NCBI GenBank assembly: GCA_965221695.1
Contig: OZ244905.1
Span: 2,752,001-2,816,000, forward strand
Origin: Gammaproteobacteria bacterium
Lineage (GTDB): Bacteria > Pseudomonadota > Gammaproteobacteria > Eutrophobiales > Eutrophobiaceae
DNA: 64,000 nucleotides
Direction: 5' to 3'
The position numbers and the translations under genes are program-made. Position 1 is the first letter of the stretch; every line of letters starts with the position of its first letter. Positions 57,040-64,000 of the stretch are shown one piece after another. Under the pieces are notes generated by a model that searched no databases, was not told the origin of the DNA, and worked only from the letters and a program-made list of their open reading frames with translations.

Positions 57040-57109
57040 CTAAGCAAACTTGTGTAAGTAGTCTCTGGTTAAGCCAGAGCTTCCCGCAACAACCATACAG
57101 GAGAAATCA

Positions 57110-57889
57110 ATGCAGTTACCCGTGAACCGCCTGAAACAGGCCCTGGCCACTGGCCGTACGCAATACGGAATCTGGCTGGGGTTGCCGGACAACACCTGCG
57201 CCGAAATTTGTGCCGGCGCCGGATTTGACTGGTTGGTCGTAGACACCGAACACGGGCCATTCGACCTGCCCACAACCCTGCGACATTTGCAGACCATTGC
57301 GGCCTATGACACGCAAGCCGTTGTGCGCCCGGTGTCCGACGACCGCAACCTGATCAAGCAATTGCTGGATACGGGCGCGCAATCTCTGGTAGTTCCCATG
57401 GTTGAATCGGCGCAGCAAGCAGTGGAATTAGTACGCTCGACGCGCTACCCGCCTGCCGGCGCGCGGGGATTGGGCACGGCCATCGCCAGAGCAGCGCACT
57501 GGACCGGGATACCGGACTACCTGCACAAGGCGAATGAACAAATCTGCGTCATTGCCCAGATAGAAACCGAGCGCGCCATGCAAGCTTTGCCGGCAATACT
57601 GGAAGTGGAAGGGATCGACGGTATATTTATCGGCCCGTCCGATCTGTCCGCTACCATGGGCCATATTGGCAATGCCCGCCATCCGGATGTGGTCAAGGCG
57701 ATGCGGTCAGCGCTGAGCGCGGCCCGCGCGGCCGGTAAAGCGGCTGGCATCCTGGCCTTCAACCCGGCTGAAATAGAGGATTATCGCAACCATGGGGCCA
57801 ACATGATCGGTGTCGGCGCTGATACCTTGCTGCTAGCTAACAGCGCGCGACAGTTGGCCGAAAGTGTCAAAAATGAAAATCAGGATTAA
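57110..57889 (+). CDS. hpaI: 4-hydroxy-2-oxoheptanedioate aldolase
   Basis: GFDWLVVDTEH, IKQLLD.GAQ, QIET, FIGPSDLS. Confidence 0.9.
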   Translation: MQLPVNRLKQALATGRTQYGIWLGLPDNTCAEICAGAGFDWLVVDTEHGPFDLPTTLRHLQTIAAYDTQAVVRPVSDDRNLIKQLLDTGAQSLVVPMVESAQQAVELVRSTRYPPAGARGLGTAIARAAHWTGIPDYLHKANEQICVIAQIETERAMQALPAILEVEGIDGIFIGPSDLSATMGHIGNARHPDVVKAMRSALSAARAAGKAAGILAFNPAEIEDYRNHGANMIGVGADTLLLANSARQLAESVKNENQD

Positions 57890-58631
57890 TACAGATGGAA
57901 CCTTACGAGCGGCCAACCTTGATGAGCAGAACCGTATCCATCTGAACAAGACAACAACGGAGCTGAAAAACGTCCGGTTGCTGCCCATTACCGATCAGCC
58001 GGTAATCTGTGTGGCGCTGAATTACGCCGAGCATTACGATCAATTTGCCGGCGCCTTCCGTCACCCTCCCTATCAGCGGCCGCCACGCCAACCCGTTTTT
58101 TTTATCAAGCCGGTGAATACGCTGGCGGCGCATAGAGATGAGATAGTATGTCCTGGCCAGGTTGATCAAATCCTCACCGGGGCGGGGCTGGCCTTGGTTA
58201 TCGGCAAGACTGCTTCTCGGGTCAGAAGGGGGCTGGCTTTAGATTATATCGGCGGCTACACCATCTATAATGACTTCAGCCTGGCGGAAGACAGCTATTT
58301 CAGGCCGCCGGTGACCACCAAGTGTCTGGACGGGTACGGCCCGGTCGGCCCTTACATTATGGACCCGGGGGAAATTACCGACCCCCATGACCTTGCTATA
58401 TCGACCTACGTAAACGGAGAACTGAAGCAAACGGCCTCGACCAAGGACCTGAGGCTCAGCATACCCGCGATTATCGAGACCTTGACGGAGTTCATGACAC
58501 TGTCTCCGGGTGCGGTGGTCGTCACCGGCTTCCCACCGGGCCGGGTAGCCGTGCAGCCGGGCGATGAAGTCAGGGTGGAGATAACGCAGCTCGGCTCATT
58601 GGTAAATCATATAATAAGGAGCAGGGATTGA
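57873..58631 (+). CDS. hpaG: HpaG N-terminal-type subunit (FAH fold isomerase/decarboxylase)
   Basis: PPY..PP..PVFFIKP.NT, SYFRP...KC.DG; position in the hpa operon. Confidence 0.82.
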   Translation: MKIRINTDGTLRAANLDEQNRIHLNKTTTELKNVRLLPITDQPVICVALNYAEHYDQFAGAFRHPPYQRPPRQPVFFIKPVNTLAAHRDEIVCPGQVDQILTGAGLALVIGKTASRVRRGLALDYIGGYTIYNDFSLAEDSYFRPPVTTKCLDGYGPVGPYIMDPGEITDPHDLAISTYVNGELKQTASTKDLRLSIPAIIETLTEFMTLSPGAVVVTGFPPGRVAVQPGDEVRVEITQLGSLVNHIIRSRD

Positions 58632-58650
58632 TGTATGGAATAATTATCAG

Positions 58651-59418
58651 ATGAAATCAGCACGAGTAAAAATCAACGATAAGGCGCAACAGGTGATCGT
58701 CAACGACGATTACAGCGTCGTCGATAAGGATGGCAATACCTGGCAGGAGCATGAAGTCACCTGGTTACCGCCGCCGCACGGTACCGTGCTCGCACTGGGC
58801 CTGAATTACGTGGACCACGCGGCGGAACTTGCGTTCAAGGCGCCCGAGGAGCCGCTGTTGTTCCTGAAGACGCCCAATACATTTACCGGCCACAGGCAGC
58901 GCAGCTACCGTCCGGACCATGTCGAGTACATGCATTACGAGGCGGAACTGGTCGCGGTAATAGGAAAGACGGCCCGCAAGGTAAAACAGGACGAAGCCAT
59001 GGATTACGTCGGTGGTTATACCCTGTGCAACGATTACGCGGTGCGGGATTACCTGGAAAATTACTACCGGCCCAACCTGCGGGTGAAATGCCGGGATTCA
59101 CTCTCCCCGCTGGGGCCGTATATCATCGACCGGGATGATATAGACGACCCCCATGACCTGAAGCTCAGCGCCCGCGTCAACGGTGAACTGCGCCAGGAAG
59201 GGACGACACGGGACATGGTATTCAATATCCCGTTCCTGATCGAATATATCTCGGCGTTCATGACCCTGCAGCCGGGCGACATGATATCGACCGGAACGCC
59301 GAAAGGGCTCTCGGACGTACAACCGGGGGATGAGGTCGTAATAGAAGTTGAACAAGTGGGCTGTTTGATCAATTATGTGATCAGTGAGCAGGACTATTTC
59401 GGGGGGCAGACCGTATAA
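58651..59418 (+). CDS. hpaG: HpaG C-terminal-type subunit
   Basis: ALGLNY.DH, MHYEAEL, NDYAVRDYLENYYRPNLRVK, TGTPKG. Confidence 0.88.
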   Translation: MKSARVKINDKAQQVIVNDDYSVVDKDGNTWQEHEVTWLPPPHGTVLALGLNYVDHAAELAFKAPEEPLLFLKTPNTFTGHRQRSYRPDHVEYMHYEAELVAVIGKTARKVKQDEAMDYVGGYTLCNDYAVRDYLENYYRPNLRVKCRDSLSPLGPYIIDRDDIDDPHDLKLSARVNGELRQEGTTRDMVFNIPFLIEYISAFMTLQPGDMISTGTPKGLSDVQPGDEVVIEVEQVGCLINYVISEQDYFGGQTV

Positions 59419-59430
59419 CTGGAAGAAGCA

Positions 59431-60951
59431 ATGACCGGACAACTCCAAGAGAATCTGAAAAAGGCCGAAGGCTATTTGCAACGTTTCAGGGATAACGTCA
59501 CCGCGCATCATATCAACGGGGAGAGTCATCCCGGCGTTTCCAACGATACCTTTGACAACCTGACGCCGACCGACAATACTTCGCTGGGCCTTGTTGCCGC
59601 AGGTTCAGCGCAGGATATCGACCACGCCTGCCGGGCCGCACAGGAGGCCTTCCCCGCCTGGTCAGCCAGCCCCGGGAAGGAACGCAAGCAAATCCTCCAC
59701 CGTTTTGCTGACCTGGTCGAGCAAAGGGCCGAAGAAATCGCGTTGGTCGAGAGTATGGACTGTGGCCAACCGATCCGCTTCATGCGCGCGGCCGCGGCGC
59801 GCGGCGCTGAGAACTTCCGTTTCTTTGCAGATAAGGCCCCGGAGGCCGGCAACGGCTTGTCATTGCATCAGCAGCAGCACCTGAACTATACGAAACGCAC
59901 GGCCATCGGCCCGGTAGGTGTGATCACGCCCTGGAACACGCCGTTCATGCTGTCTACCTGGAAGATTGCGCCGGCCCTGGCAGCCGGTTGCACGGTGGTG
60001 CACAAACCGGCGGAATTCAGTCCCTTGTCGGCCATGCTGCTGGCAGAGATAAGCAAGCAAGCGGGCCTGCCCGACGGCGTGTGGAACACCGTCAACGGCC
60101 TCGGTGAAAGCGCCGGCAAGGCATTGACTGAGCATCCCGCGATCAAGGCCATCGGCTTCGTCGGCGAAACAGTGACCGGAACCCACATCATGCGCCAGGC
60201 ATCTGCCACGCTGAAACGAATTCACGTGGAACTGGGCGGGAAGAACCCTGTTATCGTTTTTGATGATGCCGATTTCGAGCGCGCCTTGGACGCGGTGGTG
60301 TTTATGATCTACAGCCTGAACGGGCAACGCTGTACTTCGAGCAGCCGCCTGCTGGTACAGGACGGGATCGCCGGCAGGTTCCTCGACGCGCTGGAACAAC
60401 GGGTCAATAACATCAGGGTGGGGCATCCGCTGGACCCCGCCACGGAACTGGGACCGCTGATCCATCCCAGCCACCTGGAGAAGGTAATGGGTTACGTGGA
60501 TGCGGCGCGGGATGAAAACGCGATCATTGCCGCAGGAGGCGAGCGGGTGACTGACCTGGGACCCGGCAATTACCTCAGACCCACCCTGTTCCGCAACGCC
60601 GCGAACAATATGAAGATTGCGCGTGAAGAGATTTTCGGGCCGGCGCTGACTGCGATCCGCTTTACCGATGAAGCAGAAGCCGTGACCCTGGCTAACGATA
60701 CGTCCTATGGCCTGGCGGGATATGTCTGGACCGGGGACTCCGGACGCGGCATCCGCATGGCAGAGGCGTTGGAAGCCGGCATGGTATGGGTCAACTCTGA
60801 GAACAACCGTAACCTGCCATCGCCCTTCGGCGGTATGAAGCAGAGCGGCATAGGCCGCGACGGCGGCGACTACAGCTTCGAATTTTACATGGAAACCAAG
60901 AACATATGCATTGCTCACGGTACGCATAAAGTGCCTGTGCTGGGAATGTGA
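59431..60951 (+). CDS. hpaE: 5-carboxymethyl-2-hydroxymuconate semialdehyde dehydrogenase
   Basis: ITPWNTPFMLSTWK, ELGGKNP, SLNGQRC, PFGG.K.SGIGRDGG. Confidence 0.92.
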   Translation: MTGQLQENLKKAEGYLQRFRDNVTAHHINGESHPGVSNDTFDNLTPTDNTSLGLVAAGSAQDIDHACRAAQEAFPAWSASPGKERKQILHRFADLVEQRAEEIALVESMDCGQPIRFMRAAAARGAENFRFFADKAPEAGNGLSLHQQQHLNYTKRTAIGPVGVITPWNTPFMLSTWKIAPALAAGCTVVHKPAEFSPLSAMLLAEISKQAGLPDGVWNTVNGLGESAGKALTEHPAIKAIGFVGETVTGTHIMRQASATLKRIHVELGGKNPVIVFDDADFERALDAVVFMIYSLNGQRCTSSSRLLVQDGIAGRFLDALEQRVNNIRVGHPLDPATELGPLIHPSHLEKVMGYVDAARDENAIIAAGGERVTDLGPGNYLRPTLFRNAANNMKIAREEIFGPALTAIRFTDEAEAVTLANDTSYGLAGYVWTGDSGRGIRMAEALEAGMVWVNSENNRNLPSPFGGMKQSGIGRDGGDYSFEFYMETKNICIAHGTHKVPVLGM

Positions 60952-60996
60952 TGAAGGCAGCCTACTTACCTGTTGATACATACCTGGGAGAAGAAA

Positions 60997-61845
60997 ATGG
61001 GTGAGATTGTACTGGCCGCGAAGATTACGCATGTGCCGTCCATGTACCTGTCAGAACTCCCCGGCCCCCACCAGGGTTGCCGCGAGGATGCCATCGAAGG
61101 CCACTATGAACTCAGCCGCCGTGCCCGCGCCCGCGGCGCGGATACCGCGCTGGTGTTTGACGTGCACTGGCTGGTGAACAGCGGTTACCACATCAACAGC
61201 GGCAATCATTTCAAGGGCGTGTACACCAGCCACGAACTCCCCCATTTCATCAAGGACATGGCCTATGAGTATGACGGCAATCCGGTCTTGGGTGACCTGG
61301 TTGCCGAATGCGCGAACGCCCGCGGGATAAACACCCGGTCGCACCATGTCGACAGCCTGACCCTTGAATACGGCACCCTGGTACCAATGCGCTACATGAA
61401 CCAGGATGGCCACTTTAAGGTGGTGTCAGTGGCGGCGTGGTGTGCCTGGCACGATTTGAACGACTCCCGCATCTTCGGCGAGGCGGTGAGAGAGGCGGTA
61501 GAAAAAAGTGACAACAAGGTCATGGTGCTGGCCAGCGGTTCCCTGTCCCACCGATTCAACGACAACTCCAATGCCGGCGATAAGATCTTCCAGATCAGCG
61601 ATGAGTTTTACCAGCAGATGGACCTGCGCGTGGTGGACTTGTGGAAGCGCGGCGATTTCAAGACCTTCACGGAGATGTTCCACGAATACGCGTACCGCTG
61701 CCACGGGGAGGGTTGGATGCACGACACCGCGATGTTGCTGGGCATGCTGGGCTGGGACGCCTACGACCGGCCGGTGGAGATTATCAGTGATTATTTTCCC
61801 AGTTCCGGCACCGGCCAGATCAACGCGGAATTTCCGGTAGGCTGA
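60997..61845 (+). CDS. hpaD: 3,4-dihydroxyphenylacetate 2,3-dioxygenase
   Basis: AAKITHVPSMYLSE, HWLVN, ELPHFI, LEYGTLVPMRYM, SGSLSH, SSGTGQ. Confidence 0.93.
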   Translation: MGEIVLAAKITHVPSMYLSELPGPHQGCREDAIEGHYELSRRARARGADTALVFDVHWLVNSGYHINSGNHFKGVYTSHELPHFIKDMAYEYDGNPVLGDLVAECANARGINTRSHHVDSLTLEYGTLVPMRYMNQDGHFKVVSVAAWCAWHDLNDSRIFGEAVREAVEKSDNKVMVLASGSLSHRFNDNSNAGDKIFQISDEFYQQMDLRVVDLWKRGDFKTFTEMFHEYAYRCHGEGWMHDTAMLLGMLGWDAYDRPVEIISDYFPSSGTGQINAEFPVG

Positions 61846-61847
61846 CT

Positions 61848-62246
61848 ATGCCCCATTTCATCCTGGAGTATTCAGCCAATCTCGATGATGACCTGGACCT
61901 GGACGGCTTGTTCAAGGCCTTGCATGACACCGCAATGGAGACCGGCGTGTTCGCCCTCGGCGGCGTGCGCTTTCGCGCCCACCGCTGCGAGCATTACCTC
62001 GTCGCCGACGGTGATCCGGACAATGCTTTCGTGCACCTGACCGCGCGCATCGGCCGCCGGCGCGACCCGGATGTCCGGCGCGAGATCGGTGAGCAGCTAT
62101 TCAACTCACTGGTGGATTACCTTGATGGCCTCTACCGGCAGCGGCCGCTGGCAATCTCGTTCGAGGTGACCGAGCTCACCTTCGGGCTGAGCTTTCGAAA
62201 GAACAATATCCACGACAAGATAAAGCAGAAACAGGGCGCAGGCTGA
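61848..62246 (+). CDS. hpaF: 5-carboxymethyl-2-hydroxymuconate delta-isomerase
   Basis: N-terminal MPH (catalytic Pro), EYSANL, GG.R.RA, KNNIH. Confidence 0.9.
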   Translation: MPHFILEYSANLDDDLDLDGLFKALHDTAMETGVFALGGVRFRAHRCEHYLVADGDPDNAFVHLTARIGRRRDPDVRREIGEQLFNSLVDYLDGLYRQRPLAISFEVTELTFGLSFRKNNIHDKIKQKQGAG

Positions 62247-62256
62247 ACAATCCAAT

Positions 62257-62991
62257 ATGTCCCTGTTTGAACCGTTCGCGATCCTGATCATCCTGGGTTC
62301 GTTTTTTTCATCGTTTATCAGCGCAGCCTTCGCGGTGGGCGGTGGTTTCATCATGCTTGCCATTGTCTCCAGCGTGCTGCCGATCACCGCGGCAGTGCCG
62401 CTGCACAGTTGCATGATGCTGGGATTGTCTCTGGGCAGGTCCTGGTATTTCCGCAAGGACATATGCCAGCGCATCGTCTGGCCGTTCCTGCTTGGGGCTT
62501 TGATTGGCGTTGCTGTCGGGGGCAGGCTGTATTTTGACCTGTCGGAATTCCTGCTCAGCCTGGTCATCGGCCTGTTGATTCTTGGCGCGGTGTGGATGCC
62601 GCAACAGGTAGGATGGGGTATGCGGTTTCCGGTGCCGTTTTTCTGGGTCGGCATCGCACACGCATTCGTGTCCACGCTGTTTTCGTTCGGCGGCCTGTTT
62701 CAGCCGCTGATGATGCGCGCGGCGTTGTCGAAACTGCAGATCGTCGGCACATTGGCGGCAGGGCTGACGTTCATGAACATACTCAAGATATGCGCATACA
62801 GTTACTACGGCTTTGATTACAGTCCGTATTTCATGGTCGTCGTGGCCGCCATTCTGGCCGCCGTCCCTGGCGCGTACCTGGGGAAAAAGCTGTTGCACCG
62901 GATCCCCGAAGACCGGTTCAGGCTCATATTCAGCCTCATCATGACCTGTTTTGCGCTGAGATTGCTCTACCGCGCCTGGGTCCTGGTCTGA
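62257..62991 (+). CDS. TauE/SafE (TSUP) family membrane exporter
   Basis: About 8 TM segments, GGG motif near the N-terminus, G.YLGK.L..RI....FR end. Confidence 0.8.
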   Translation: MSLFEPFAILIILGSFFSSFISAAFAVGGGFIMLAIVSSVLPITAAVPLHSCMMLGLSLGRSWYFRKDICQRIVWPFLLGALIGVAVGGRLYFDLSEFLLSLVIGLLILGAVWMPQQVGWGMRFPVPFFWVGIAHAFVSTLFSFGGLFQPLMMRAALSKLQIVGTLAAGLTFMNILKICAYSYYGFDYSPYFMVVVAAILAAVPGAYLGKKLLHRIPEDRFRLIFSLIMTCFALRLLYRAWVLV

Positions 62992-63008
62992 AATGTGGGT
63001 CAGGCTCG

Positions 63009-63650
63009 TCAGCAGCGGGCCAGGTTGAGTATATTGTCCGACAATGACTGCGCCCGAGCCCGGTCATGGGTGCTGAAGATGACAGTCCTGGCGCGGCCAT
63101 CCCGTTGCGCATCGATCCAGGCTTCGATCTCGCCGACGGTGACCTCGTCCAGGTAGGTGAACGGCTCATCCATGATGACGACATCGGGTTGCGGCGCGAG
63201 GGCGCGGGCCAGCGCCACCTTTTGGATTTCACCGCCCGACAGCTTGCCGGCATCCCGGTCCAACAACGAGGTAACACCCAGTTCCCGGGCCACGGCTTCC
63301 ACGGCTGCATCAATGGCGCCACGCCGCGCCCCCCGGAACTTCAACCCCAGGCCGATATTATCCCGCACAGACATTTTCATGAGGTAGGGTTTCTGCTGAA
63401 CGTATCCCACCTGGCGGCGTAACAGCGCAGTCCTGGTTGCGGACGCCGGCTCGCCGCGGAACAGGATCGTGCCCGCATCGGGTTTGCGCAAGAACGCCAG
63501 TATGTCGAACAGCGTGCTTTTACCGGAACCGTTGGGACCGACGACAGCGATTACCTGGTTGTAGCCGATAAGCAGTTGCTCCAAGTCCAGCGCTTTCCGG
63601 CCGCTGTAAGAGAAGGCAAGCTTGGAGATTCGGTACAGGTAGTCCATCAC
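63009..63650 (-). CDS. tupC: ABC transporter ATP-binding protein, tungstate type
   Basis: GPNGSGKST, LSGGE, MDEP, STH; directly after a TupB-like permease. Confidence 0.75.
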   Translation of the reverse strand: MMDYLYRISKLAFSYSGRKALDLEQLLIGYNQVIAVVGPNGSGKSTLFDILAFLRKPDAGTILFRGEPASATRTALLRRQVGYVQQKPYLMKMSVRDNIGLGLKFRGARRGAIDAAVEAVARELGVTSLLDRDAGKLSGGEIQKVALARALAPQPDVVIMDEPFTYLDEVTVGEIEAWIDAQRDGRARTVIFSTHDRARAQSLSDNILNLARC

Positions 63651-63660
63651 AGAACCTGCG

Positions 63661-64000
63661 TCAACCCATGGCCTGGAAGCGTTGTACCACGAAATTTACC
63701 AGGAACGCGGTCGCCAGCAACAGTATCCCCAACGCCAGCGCGAACTCGAATTCACCCTTGCTGGTTTCCAGCGCAATCGCAGTCGTCATGGTGCGGGTAA
63801 AACCTTCGATATTGCCGCCCAACATCATTGCGATACCCACTTCGCCGATGGCCCGGCCAAAACCGGCAACCATTGCGGCAGCCAGCGCATATCTCACTTC
63901 GTTCACATAGATTGCGCACTGCTGCAAGGTGGATGCGCCCAGGGCCTGGCTGGTGGGCAGCAGCCGCGGGTCGGCCCCGGAGGCCGCGGCAATGGACAGG
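63661..64000 (-). CDS. tupB: Tungstate ABC transporter permease (5' end beyond window)
   Basis: GFGRAIGEVG..MMLGGNI...TRTMTTAIALETSKGEF motif. Confidence 0.8.
   Translation of the reverse strand, partial: LSIAAASGADPRLLPTSQALGASTLQQCAIYVNEVRYALAAAMVAGFGRAIGEVGIAMMLGGNIEGFTRTMTTAIALETSKGEFEFALALGILLLATAFLVNFVVQRFQAMG

Overview
This is a gene-dense, GC-rich window of bacterial chromosome, most consistent with a heterotrophic Gammaproteobacterium (inferred from gene content only). It is almost entirely catabolic. Four TonB-dependent receptors each lie next to a small-molecule degradation module. The modules are: (1) DUF3604, a quinohemoprotein alcohol dehydrogenase, two enolase-superfamily enzymes and an MFS transporter; (2) a ureide/hydantoin operon (hyuB-allA-puuE-NCS1-carbamoylase-ilvE) with a divergent hyuA; (3) boxCB without boxA; (4) nitrilase plus an AraC regulator; (5) amidase, tungsten-type aldehyde oxidoreductase and a four-gene sNOR-type heme-copper nitric oxide reductase cluster (active-site Tyr replaced by Asn); (6) a UbiD-family decarboxylase with gamma-carbonic anhydrase and an aromatic-acid MFS; (7) the homoprotocatechuate meta-cleavage operon hpaHIG1G2EDF; and tupBC at the right edge. 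A small AT-rich islet carries vapBC, a decayed ISAs1 transposase and a Fic gene with a candidate antitoxin. The intergenic DNA is rich in non-autonomous repeats. These include three 151-bp IS5-type MITEs made of five hairpins that covary between copies, 27-29-bp 'solo' derivatives still flanked by 4-bp target duplications, a chimeric relative inside the hpa operon, a 315-bp TIR element, REP-like palindromes, and a 50-bp leader shared by two transporter genes. I found no rRNA, tRNA, CRISPR array or intact transposase. All calls come from reading motifs by eye; no database searches were run.
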